A DNA stretch of 64,000 nucleotides from Puccinia triticina. Lineage: Eukaryota. A program made the position numbers and the translations under genes. The notes under the pieces are model-generated. The model saw only the letters and a program-made list of their open reading frames with translations, was not told the DNA's origin and did no database searches. Below, one piece after another: positions 12,488 through 24,386 of the stretch (position 1 is its first letter; each line of letters begins with the position of its first letter). Location: positions 4,216,001 to 4,280,000 of the forward strand of contig CP110440.1 in the NCBI GenBank assembly GCA_026914245.1, given 5' to 3'.

Positions 12488-13049
12488 GTTCCCAAGACCC
12501 CAGCCAACCGCGGTTCCACCAGCGCAGATCAAGTCCCGACATATCACCAGTTCACACAGGAATCCGACGAGGCGACTTCACAATCAAGCCGTTGAGCTCT
12601 GGCGAATACTTCACATAATCACCCGCAACACACATTCTTTTTCAAATCACTGTCACCTTTTTATCTTTTGGCCGACGGAGCGTAAATTCATCATTCACAT
12701 TTCCCTTATTTCAACCCCTCTTCTACGTTCTCTCGTAGTCAACAAGCGTAATTAGGCATCACTCCTTACATAATTACACCGCAATTTTGGTCTCTCTATA
12801 AAACCTAGAAAATTATCATACCTTGAAACGGCATCAGCATGCCAAGACCCCGATCTTTTCTATTTTGACTGTTACAATGATCATGTCTCCCTCTTTTGCG
12901 CTTAGTTGGCATTTCAAATGATCAAAAAATCTATTTCTTTAGTCCTTCCATCTCCTTTGCTGAAAGTTTGATTGTCCAATGTCCATACACTCAGACTGTT
13001 TAGTTACCAGTGATTGCCGACACACGTGGGTGAAGGACTAAGCACACAA

Positions 13050-13980
13050 CACTGCAAGAAAAACTTTAGAAACTGCTTGCAGTTGAGATGCAGCAAGCTT
13101 GAATCAAGCCTCAGCTCAAGCTGGAGTCAAGCATCCAAATTCTGTGCTGGTGCACCTTGAGTGTATACCTTGTTCAGCATCCCAATGCTGGACATTCTGT
13201 AGTGATCATGCAGTAGGCTGAGGCAAATGTTCAACCTTGAAAATGAGCATCCCCCTGAGCACCCTGTTATTTTATTTTATTAAACACTCCATGTGAATCC
13301 AGCCAGGATAACATAAAAAGGGTGTGTCCACATGAAAGGGATATGTACATAAGAAATGAATGTGTAAGCGTGAAAGGGGAATGTGAGAAGGTGTATTAAC
13401 ACATGAAAGGGATATTTAAACATGATGAAAGGGGTTTGTATGTATGAAAGGAGTATGTGCAGTAAGGGGTATTTGCACATGAAAGGGATATGTAAACATC
13501 AAAGGGGTATGTAAACCTGAATGATAAAAGGGGTATGAAAGGGATGTAAAAAAATCAAAAGCAAAATGTAAACATGAAAGGTTCATGAACTCATGATGAA
13601 AGGGGTATGTACCCATTGTGAAAGGGATACATGCACATGAAAGGGATACACGCACATGAAAGGGATACACGCACATGAAAGGGATACACGCACATGAAAG
13701 GGGTATGCGCACATGAACGGGTAACATTATGAAAGGGTTGAATGCATAAAAAGGGGTATGTTCACATGAAAGGGGTATGTGCACATGAAAGGGGAATCTG
13801 CACAGGTATCAACTCAGTATTTTGGAGCCTGTACTAAGTTTTTTGGAGCTTAGACTCACTCTTGCATAAATTATGCAATTTGCATGTAATCAACCAGTGC
13901 TTGATTCTTGCATGAGGCACAGCTTGCCTTGAGCTCTTGCATCTCAACTGCAAGCAGTTTCTAGAGTTTTTCTTGCAGTG
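13050..13980. mobile_element. Non-autonomous CACTA/CMC-like element
   Basis: About 43-bp TIR CACTGCAAGAAAAACT(T/C)TAGAAACTGCTTGCAGTTGAGATGCA, 3-bp TSD CAA. Absent at the homologous site near 40050. Confidence 0.88.
13310..13795 (+). repeat. About 19-bp minisatellite (CACATGAAAGGGATACACG-like) inside the CACTA-like element
   Basis: Many degenerate ATGAAAGGG units; near-perfect tandem copies at 13635-13700. Confidence 0.85.
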
Positions 13981-14228
13981 CAAACACAATCCATTCTGCT
14001 GTGCTGGACATTCCTCCTCTGTTGCGGTTTGGCGGCGATTGATTGGTGTTGGGTCCGGTACGTTTGGCAAACTATCTGGCGTCGGGCCTGGAGCTCTCTG
14101 CTGGCATTTTGCCTCGTGGGTAGGTATGCTGCGGCCGCACCTCACTGCGTGTCATGCGCTATCTCGGCCGCATCTCCGCCTCAGGGCGGCGCGCTGTCGG
14201 TGGTAGCCTGGGAGACTCCCAGGCTACC

Positions 14229-14591
14229 CGAAACCCGTGCCCTGGGTGTTTTCACGGGTGGTACCACCCGGGTGTTGGTCCACGGGATGAGCCTTTGGAA
14301 CCACCCAAACACCCAAGTGGTTGTGCAACATACGTTGGGGGAGGAACAGAGGATGAACAAGCTTTTATTTCCTGTCTTGTGAGGTCTACTTAGAGCTTAT
14401 ACTGCGGTATTGTCTCCTATCAATAATGTATTTAGTATTTACAAGTTATAATTTTAAATTGCATTGAGTTTGGTGACTGGTGCTGGGCTTTTGAGTGAGG
14501 CAGGAGATGAAATGAATGAATAATCATACACAGAAGCTGTTCAACGGTTCCGGGGCCAAGTGACAAGCGCAACCAAGAACAGACCCGCCGG
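14229..14591 (-). mobile_element. 3' part of a second hAT relic, split by the Gypsy insertion
   Basis: Minus strand encodes RVCSWLRLSLGPGTVEQLLC, continuing in frame from SERVFSKGR at 26534 once the CCGG TSD is removed. CCACCCGGGTG subterminal motifs are shared with 27100-27190. Confidence 0.75.
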
Positions 14592-15496
14592 TGTGGTAGA
14601 CGGAAAAGTGGAAAAATAAAAAAGTTTTTTTTCTATGCCACATAATTACTCATACTAGGCCTCAAGATACCATCAAATGGACCCCAGAAATGGATTCTAC
14701 GGCCAATTTTACCCCTAGTCACAACTGGAAGCGTCACTGGAGCCCCTCTGGATTGGAACCTACACGCCCTTGGACAATGGACACCCATCACACGTTCAGC
14801 ATACCCAGTCACCAGCCTGTCACAAGCCTCAAGTCAAGGATCACAGTATTATGCTTATACACATCACAGGATACAAGCATACATCTCCCCATCAGACTAT
14901 AGTCATCACATAGTATCAAGTACTCTTTTATTTCCATATTATGATGTCATCCCGCACTGATCCTGCAGTTCAGACGTCATTTATGCACCCCCTGCATCCA
15001 CCTGTCAACTAATGCAGCCTAGTGTCACTTTACGCAGCCTTTATGCAGCCCTACTGCACGCTTATGACATCATTTATGTACCCCTGACACATTATGACAT
15101 CATTTGTATCTACTCTCACCAGCTAAAATCCCTCACACTGTTGTCCAGATGAGCTGAAACCCTAACCCGCAAGCCCTCTGGGGCTCCACTTCTGTCTATA
15201 TAAGGAGCTCTCTCCTCCCCAGTTGTCAGGTCCTCAGTTCATCACTCACCAATCACAGTCACCCCCAATATTCACCCTTACCAATTATAACCAACCCTTA
15301 TATAAATCATCAGCTCTATACCTTGTCAATCAAACAACTCATCTTGAGCCAATCTACCCTATCACTTGAATAAAACTTGCCAAGCATAGCTTGGTGGGTC
15401 TTGTTGACTGATAGCATAGAAGGGCAGAGTTTGCACCTCCATCATCCCCTTCTCCATTCAGCAAAAAGGTTCTCAGGAACACTTTTGAGTCTTACA
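14592..15496 (+). repeat. 5' LTR (905 bp)
   Basis: TGTGGTAGAC...GAGTCTTACA; about 9 differences from the 3' LTR by eye; TATATAA near 15196. Confidence 0.95.
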
Positions 15497-15757
15497 AGGG
15501 AGTCCCCAACGTGATAGGATAATCTTGTTCGATCGACAACGTATAGGTTTAACCGAATTCCACATATCTAGAAGAACTCGTCAAGGGATCTTAGCTTCTA
15601 ACAACGAAAGGAATCAAATTCATCAACAAATCAAGAGCGTTCAACGGCATATTCAGTTATTCTGTTGAAAGACTAGTCAACTATTAGGAACCATCTAAGG
15701 AACCAATTACAAACCCCTGAAGAGAACGTATAACCACCGGACCTGAAAGGAGTATTT

Positions 15758-15932
15758 CGAAGGAAGCAGCTGATTATATACTGGAAGACGGTTTGTCGTA
15801 CCTAAGGATCCGGATAATTAGATACTGTTAGAAGAAAACTCTGGAGCCCACTTGAAGGAAGCAGCCAATTATATACTGAACGACGGTGTGTAGTACCTAA
15901 GGATTTGGATAATTGGATACTGTTTGAAGAAC
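15758..15932 (+). repeat. About 95-bp-period direct repeat (2 copies) in the Gypsy 5' leader
   Basis: GAAGGAAGCAGC..ATTATATACTG..GACGGT..GTACCTAAGGAT..GGATAATT.GATACTGTT.GAAGAA occurs twice. Confidence 0.8.
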
Positions 15933-16089
15933 ACTCCCAGCACGGTGAAGTTATTTATATCAAATATTGAAAGAATACCCCCAATTTGCCCTGGTAAAGA
16001 GACCAGAGACCAGATATTATTGTTTCGTTTTCAGAGCACAGTATCAGGAAGCCAAGGATCAACATAATAGAAAACTAAGAATCAACAAG

Positions 16090-18589
16090 ATGAACATGAA
16101 TTTACCATTCAGCACACCGGATTTGGAAGATGGATTCGCTCCCTCTACCCCGTTTAGGAACAGACCATTGGCAGGACCCTCTGGATCGTTTTGGACTTCG
16201 GAATCCCAGAACCCTCTGCCGCCTCCACAAAAAGAAAAAGGGAAAGAACCAGAAAATAAATTCAGAGATCAAGCTGAAGAAGGGCTGTCCGACTCCGATG
16301 AAACTCCACAACACCAGAATATCCCTCCCAGACAAACGACACCACAACAACAGCCGTCAGGGTATGGAATTCATAACACTGAAAATGTCAGAGAACCAAT
16401 GTATCAGCCTCAATTTCAACAAAAACAACATCAGTCTCAATCTCGACAAGAGCCTATGAGGCCACAACCACGGGTCGCGACTCCACCATTCCAACCGGCG
16501 CACCCCTCCAAACCAATCATCATAAAAGATCCAGGGCTCTATTACGAAGGAAGCCAGTTTATGAAATTCCTGACCCGGTTTGAAAGAACAACATACGCAC
16601 ACGGAGCTTCAGATCATGACAAAGTAGTCCAGATCTTACGATTCATACGGACGGAGGAATTAAAATGCCAACTCGAAGAAATGGACGGATACGATGATTA
16701 CGACTGGGCAAAACTTCGAGCAGAAATGGTCACAGCTTGGGGAGGTTTGGACAACACCGTCATGTATACTGTGGATGATCTAATCAAGGTAGCAAAAATT
16801 CAAGCAAAAGAAGGAATTTCAAGTCACCGGGAATACAAAGCGTACCCCAATCCTCAAATATCTAGTAAAAAATGAACACATCAGTAAAGAAAGCGATGCC
16901 GGAATCCTATTTTTAAGTGCATTCTCAGCGGAAAGTCAACGAAGTATCAAGCGCACCCTAGTCAACAAGAATCAACTCCCAAGAGCCAAGGACGGAAGTA
17001 ACAAGGCACCAAAATGGGAAGACTTAACTAAGGCTGCAGAAACCGAAGTTAGGGTAGATGAAGGCTATAATAGTTTCTTGCATTTCTCCGAATCAAACCG
17101 ACTAATGCAGAAAGATCTGGATACCAAGAAAGGCAACGGAAGACGACGAGAACAAATGCTGAAAGAAGCCCCAAACAACAAAGCTGTGGAACAAAAACTT
17201 AACGATTTGCATCAAGAATTGGCAGCTCTCAAGCAACAGATGAAGAGTGACCCACCATCAAGTTATAACAGACAAGGCCAGTCTGACAAACAGGAATTTG
17301 CCAGAGGAAACTCCCGACCCTCCACTCCACTGTACGAGACGATGGTTTGCTACTATTGCAAGCGGGAAGGCCACTCCACATCAAAATGTCCGGAATACTT
17401 GAAAGATGAAGAGCAAGGGCTGGTTAGACGAGCAGGAAAGGACTGGTTCCTACCAAATGGGCAGCACATACCCTGGGTGCCTTCTAGACCGATACAAACA
17501 GTGGTAGCCACAGAATCTGCAAGACCAGAGATGCAAGAATCAATCAGGAATCTGGCGAAATCCCGTCAAACCGGAAACGGTAACACTCCAGTAATGAAGG
17601 CTTCAGTACAAACCGTGGATTGGAATCCCCCGTCCTTAGGGTCGGAAAATTTTATGAAAACTCACGCGGTCACTAGAGCAGAAGCTCAGAAAGGAAGACG
17701 CGGAGTTAGGATCCAAGAACCAGAAAGAGACACCATGTATATTGATGAAGAAGAGGAAGACAATAACTTGCCAAAAGAAACGCCAAGGAAAGCACCTGGG
17801 AAAGTTTGGAGTCGAGAACAAGTACCAACTATCCTGAAAAAAGATTCACCGGAAGAAACCCTTCTACAGGACTTGGATCACGTCAAAATTCCAACGACTT
17901 TTGCGCAGCTCACAGCAATCTCACCTTCATATACGGAGCGAGTCATTGCAAAGCTACAAGGACGACTGCCAGGGAAGAATACCACCACTTACATGGCAAC
18001 AGAAGCCACAAAGGTAGCAGCAGCAATGGCCACTCCACCAGTAGAAGATCAATTGGATCCATGCTACTACAGTTGCGCCTTGGGATATGTAACAGCCGAA
18101 GTTGGGGGAGCTAAAGTCGATTTTATGGTTGATTCTGGGTCTATGGTAAATGTCATGCCCCAATCAGTAGCAGACGATCTGGATCTAGAGAGGATACAAG
18201 TCGACATACCCATGAAAGGAGTTGGCGGAGCCAGGTGCGACATCACGGGAGTAGCAGAAAACTGCCCAGTAAGAATTGATCGATTTGCTGGACCTGCTCA
18301 TCTCTTCATATCACCAAAAGCGCAAGACTGCATCCTGGGACGTCCCTTTCTTTTTGACTACGGCTGCACATTGGAGTACCATGATACCGGGGAGACACTC
18401 TCTTTCCAAGGAACCAAAGGAAGGCGGGTGTCAGTACCTCTAGCACGTATTGGTCAAGGGCGAGGTTGGGATAATTGAAAGGATCTCAGTACCAACGTCG
18501 TGAAGCCAGACATGGGCCAGAACCCCACTTCTACTATCAATGATGAGGAGCAAATGTTCAAAAAGAAGACAAATGATCATTTTTTATAA
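16090..18589 (+). pseudogene. gag: Gypsy gag + aspartic protease ORF (frameshift lesion near 16845, premature TGA at 18476)
   Basis: Zinc knuckle CYYCKREGHSTSKC; protease FMVDSGSMVN and ILGRPFL. Reading through the TGA gives a natural end at TAA 18587-9. Confidence 0.88.
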
Positions 18590-21500
18590 ATACCGGCGTT
18601 CATCTAGGGAAAAACTCACTCCAGCTAGTCAAGCGGGTTATATCTCGAGCGCCGGGTTTCTTTGACTGGCTTAAAAAAATAATCCTCAAATCAATCAAAA
18701 CTCTATCAAGTAAAACAAAAAAATATTTCTTTAAATTGATGCTAACAAACAAGAATATTCTGAACAGCTTTCTCACATTACTCAAAATGTTCAAGACAAA
18801 ACTACGGGAAACTCGGGCAAATAAGCCTGCATCAGAAAAACTAAATCACCACACAATGGTTCTTGTCAAAACCACCACCATATTGTCAACAGTTTCTAAA
18901 CCCAGTCCCACATACAAAGAAACGGAGGCACTACTCACAAAAGGGCTAAGCATAACGTTTCAGGATCAATTATGTCAGAGCTGGAGGGAGGGACAGCTAT
19001 GGTGTATGGCTAAGTATAAGCCTGTAGCAAAGAAGATCAGACCAATCAATCAACCAATTCCTCAAGCATTAAATCCTCCGCTTCAACAACCACCACTTTC
19101 ACAAGATCCTTACAACACACCACTTACGCCAAACCCTCCGGACTTCAAGCCTACCGCGAGGATAACGGAAGAACGCCTGAAGGTAGTTAATTTTGGACCG
19201 GAAGGATGGCTATGGGAAGAAGAGTTGAAGCTCTTCAAGAATCTAATCCTTATTTGGGAAAAAGCCTTGGCATTCAGCCCGGAAGAACGAGGACTCTTGA
19301 AGCATACCTATGGGTTACCGTATATTATTCCCGTGGTGGATCACGTGCCTTGGCAGAAGAAACCAATTCCTATACCGGCTGCTGTTAAAGACGAATACGT
19401 AGAATTGGTCAGAGAACGAATTCGTACAAAACTTTACGAACAGTCTACCTCCAGTTACTCAAGCCCGGTCTTTTGCGTACTTAAGCACAACGGAAAATTG
19501 AGAATAGTCCATGATCTACAAGAAATGAACAAAGTCACAATTAAAGACGCAGGGCTGCCACCGGCAACAGAAGAATTTGTAGAATCATTTGCAGGACGCG
19601 CATGCTACGGATTAGGCGATATCATGGGAGGCTATGATGAGAGAGAATTGGCTCCGGAATCAAGGCCTTTAACCACCTTTGACACACCTTTGGGTAGATT
19701 CCAGCTCACAAGACTTCCCCAAGGTGCAACTAATTTGGTAGCCGTGTATCAAGCACAAATGATGTGGATTCTTCAGGATGAGATACCAGAACACGTAGGC
19801 GTATTTATTGACGACGGCGGCATCAAGGGACCATGTTTAACATACGATGACGAAGTACTAGAGGAAAATCCAGGAATACGGCGTTTCATTTGGGAAGATG
19901 CGCAAACACTTGAAAGGGTTTTGTTTTGAATCAAAGAGGCTGGACTAACCATTTCCGGGAAGAAATTTGCCTGCTGTGTGCCTGCCTTGGATATAGTTGG
20001 TCACGTGGTCTGTAAGGAAGGAAGAAGGGTCTCAGTTCTGAAGAAGAACAAAATTACGACATGGCCCACCCCAAACAATCTTACCGAACTACGAGGATTC
20101 ATGGGAATAGTAACTTATGTTAGAATCTTTGTAAAAAACTTATTGGAGATTGCAGCACCTCTCAGGAAGCTCACAAGAAAGGATACCAAGTGGTGCTGGG
20201 ACAATGGCTGTAACCACACTTTTGAGTGGCTCAAGCAAATAATCGGAGAAGACATTACACTGAAGAAATTGGACTACTCGGAACACGGAGGACTTATCGT
20301 GTTGGCGGTGGACTCCAGCTTCATCGCAGCAGGAGCAGTGCTCTCTCAACAGGAGCTTGAGACAGGGTTAAACCAACCAGTGTTATACAAATCAGTGGTA
20401 TTTTCACCAGTGGAATCAAAATATTCTCAGCCAAAACTTGAACTCTGTGGCGTGGCAAGAATCCTCAAGAAACTACAAACACTTCTCTGGGGACAGCACT
20501 TCGAACTGCAAGTTGACGCTCAATCTTTGATCCAAATGATTAACGCCCCCTCGCTTCCAAATGCCCCTATGACCAGATGGGTATCATTCATCCATCTCTT
20601 CTCCTTCAACATGGTCCATAAACCTGGGAAAACATTCACAATGCCGGACGCGCTCTCAAGGAGACCAATAAGCAATGAGGAAGACGAGTTCTATAATGAC
20701 GCAGAGGATTTTGACAAAGACAAACTAGTAATTAAAGCTTGCTCTCAGCTCCAATTTTTTTCGGCTGCATCCACCGAGCTCTTGGAATGGGAAGCACCTG
20801 GATTTTGGACAGATCTTAAGGAATATTTAAGGACATTACCCAAACCCCACGCTATGGATGTGGACCAGTTTCAGAAACTCAAACGAAAATCAGCAAATTA
20901 TTTCATTCAGGATGGGAGACTTATGCAGAGGCACTCACCCATGGCCCAACTAGTTATATCCAAAATTGCCTACCAAAGTAAACTTTTGAGAATGACTCAT
21001 GAGGATCTTGGGCATCGAGGACTTGAGGAAACATACCAGCGACTAGTTTGCAGATTTTGGTGGCCAAGCCTGAAGAAAAAAGTGAAGTTATGGGTTCAGA
21101 GCTGTGCACCATGCCAGAAGCGGGACCCCTTAGTACCTCGGGAGATACGACATCCAACAGGGGAAAGCAGCTTATTTGGACAAGTAGCCTTGGACGTCTG
21201 CCACATCAAAGCCGGACGATACAAATACTTACTGGTGGCCAGAGACGACTTATCCGGATGGGTAGAAGCAGCCCCTTTGGTCAAATTAACAGCGGCCACT
21301 ATTGGAAAATTTCTCTTGGAAGAATGGGTCTACCGTTATGGCGTAATCAAGACAGTCTCAGCAGATAATGGGCCTGAGTTCAAGAACGAGTTTATAAAAG
21401 CCGTGGAAAAGATTGGAGCGGCTTTCAAACCACCCACTCCGTATTATCCGGAAGCTAACGGAATGATTGAAAGAGGACACCGACCAATCAAGGACACCTT

Positions 21501-22155
21501 AATCAAGATGTGTGGTGAATCTGGAGGAAAATGGAGAGAGTATCTTCCATTAGTACTCTTTGCTGATAGAATTTCAACCAAGCGAACGACTGGGTACTCA
21601 CCCTACGAATTAGTCTTTGGCCAAAAGGCGGTTCTTCCAGTCAATTTAGAAATGGACACCTATCTGGGAATTGATTGGACTGAAATCAGCACAACAGAGG
21701 AACTTCTGGAAGCCAGAACTATGCAGCTGGAACGCCAAGAAGAGATCCTGGGAATAGCTCACAAGAAGTTAATGAAAACTAGGAATTCTTCGGTCAGATA
21801 CTGGGATCGAAGGATGGCGGCTAGGCTCCGTAAACCTTTAAACCCAGGCGAATTAGTGCTTATTTATAATAAGAGGTTGGAAGACCAATGGGGCAAGCTT
21901 TTTGCCAATCGCTGGAATGGGCCTTTTCGAATCAAGCAACAGTTACCAAAGGGTTCTTACATTCTGGAGGAATTGGACGGGGTAGAACTGAAGAGGGCTT
22001 ACGCAGCTTCACATATTAAACGGTTTTACCCACGAGGCCAAAGCTTGGCCGATATTCAGCATGACGAGGATCCCGCTCAACCTGAATCGTCTGATGATGT
22101 AGAGGCAAACTCCAACACAACCTCTGACGATAATGCATCCATTATTTCGGACTAA
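18580..22155 (+). pseudogene. pol: Gypsy pol: RT-RNaseH-integrase (premature TGA at 19927)
   Basis: RT RLPQG and FIDDGGIKG; RNaseH LAVDSS and YSQPKLEL; integrase H..H..C..C plus DDE core (DVCH, DNGPEF, NGMIE); GPF motif; no chromodomain. Confidence 0.92.
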
Positions 22156-22709
22156 GTCTTTCTCCTGGACAAGAGACTAAACTGTTCAATGATAAACACT
22201 GGTCATTTTTTTTAAGTTGGGGGAGGAACTCACATTCTTTTTCTCAAAAACTTTCCTTGAAAAAAGACCACATCAACTGATCAAACAGACAAACAGAATA
22301 ACTTACTCATTCAATTGACCTCACTCACTTCAAACAAACACTCTTTTCTTTCTCTCCTCTTTTCTTTTTTTTCTCTCTCTCTCAAAGGGAAGGTTGGGGA
22401 CAACCTGTGAAGTTGGGGGAGGGGGGGACTGATGGATTAATTCTCTGTTAAAGGATAAACATAAGATAACATCATAATAAAATAAAATAAAATAAAATAG
22501 AATAACTAATCATTTCAGGGGGTTACATTTTTTTGGGGGGGTTTTCTAAAGTATATGTCGATTTTTTTGGCTTTCTTGTGGAAATTTTGCCCCAGGAGTC
22601 ACGAAAAAAAAGAAAAAAAAAAAGGACAGGTAATCTAAAGAACGAAGGAGAAAACAGGTTAGGATCACGAACTAGACCGTAAGGAAAAAGAAAAGATCAA
22701 CTTACAGGA

Positions 22710-24284
22710 TCAGTCATCTTGAAGGTCCGGTCGAATTGCGGATTGATATTCATCCGCCATGGCTCTGAAAAGGAAGAGGCGTTGGATCCGCTCGTCGTTG
22801 CTGGAAGGTCGACAGCGGCGACAGAACCTCACAAAGAGAGAGGCAAAGGTTTGGTAGAGACGATGGTAGGCCGCTGAATCGATCGGATCAGCATCCGGGT
22901 CCTCCGAAGCATCTTGATCAAGGAGAAGAGCGATTTGCGACTCTTTTAAAAAGGGATAGTCGGCAAGACAATACTCACCAGGGACGTCAGGCGATGGAAC
23001 TCAATGAGAATTGGTCATGCTGACGTCCCCATCAGAGTCAGTAACCTCGTCCGCGTGAAGGTCGGGGGTGGTATCCCGGGAGGCCTCAGGGATTGGGTTC
23101 CAGGTGCGAGACTGGACAACGCCGGCAGGAACCTAAAACAAGTCAATACCTTAACCCAAGGAAACACAAGGTGGACGAAATTTAGCTTACCCCGGATCCC
23201 CAACCCTCAAAGCGGCTGGCACCTCCTGTGGAGGACGTTGCTGATTCGGTCATTGCCTTCTGCGAAGACTCGTCGGATCTAGAGGTCTCAGGAACTCTAT
23301 AAGTGCCGGTAGGGGCCTCGGTACCCAACATCTCACAGTCCGAGGTCGGTGACATGAGGTTACTGGGGCATGGAGCCAGAGGGAGAACCCAGCTCTCATC
23401 TAAGAAGACCCGGTTAGAGGACAAAAACTACCAAGAATGAATCAGTCTTGGGTTTGTTATACACAAGAGGACAAAAAGAGAGTACTTACGTCACGATCCG
23501 AGTCGGTCGCCGGTGGGAAAACAGGCGACCCAGGCAAAGGACCCGGGTTGGGGGTCTGGTGCCGAAATACTGGTGAAGTCAGGGGATCGCCAGTGGCTTC
23601 AGGACTCGGGGCGGTCTGAAAGCAAGGGTGCAACCCCACGAATCCCGGGGGAACCCAAGACGGAGACGGGGTCCTAAAAGCCAATCCTGGACGAGTTGGC
23701 GAAACAAGCTGAGGGCAGGAGAATCGATCAGATCCCTGAGGCGAGAATAGTCGGAGCGGATCAGAACTTACAAAGGGGTCCTCGGATCGGGGATGCAAGC
23801 CTGGGGGAATTCAAGGAGGAGACGGAGTCCTCACTGCTGAATTCGGACGAGCCGGTTCTGTAAACTGTAACTGGATCGGATCAGCGGCCTGAGGAGGATG
23901 AAAGATCCGGTTGGATACTTACCGAAGCTACTCTAGCCGCCGCGGCCGGATCAACCACAAATGGGCGGGCTTCAGGGCCTCGAGCGGCCCGGTTTCTAGC
24001 GCCGTTGGGCCTTTTAAACGCGTCCAGGCGAGCCTGGGTCCACTGGATCCAGGTTGGCGTGATGGTCTCAGCGTGATAAAGGGGCCCATCCAAAATCAGG
24101 ATGGGGTTATGAACGGAAGACCCCGGCTAACACAAGCAACACGAGTTAACGGAAAAATAAAGATAACTGCGCTACGATATAAACCCCTACTTACACGCTC
24201 TGAAGCGCCAGCGGAGGCCCCGCGATTTCTTAAAGGATAAGGGGTAGGGGGAAAGTAAGGTCTATAGTATGGACGGTAAGACAT
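22710..24284 (-). pseudogene. 7-exon antisense accessory gene inside the Gypsy element (about 401 aa, Pro/Ser-rich, two TGA lesions)
   Basis: Exons 24284-24195, 24126-23923, 23870-23772, 23708-23490, 23427-23191, 23132-22979 and 22912-22710 sum to 1206 nt in frame. All donors are GTAAG/GTGAG with AG acceptors. TGA lesions at 23811-13 and 23001-03. Confidence 0.75.
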
Positions 24285-24379
24285 AATGGTAATCAGTTAT
24301 AAGTCTGGTCTATAGTAGAAGTAGACGGGTGAAGAAACGATGAGGTGGATGATGGACAGAGAAGGAGGAGAGGGACTCG

Positions 24380-24386
24380 TTTTATA
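24380..24386 (-). promoter_or_regulatory. Putative TATA box of the antisense accessory gene
   Basis: TATAAAA on the minus strand about 100 bp upstream of ATG 24284, followed by a pyrimidine-rich leader. Confidence 0.55.

Noticed and set aside
13280..13784. ORFs with PFH/PFM repeats
   Set aside because: Translations of the 19-bp minisatellite.
14690..14902. Identical 70-aa ORFs at 14690 and 25726
   Set aside because: Both lie in the two LTR copies; no coding evidence.
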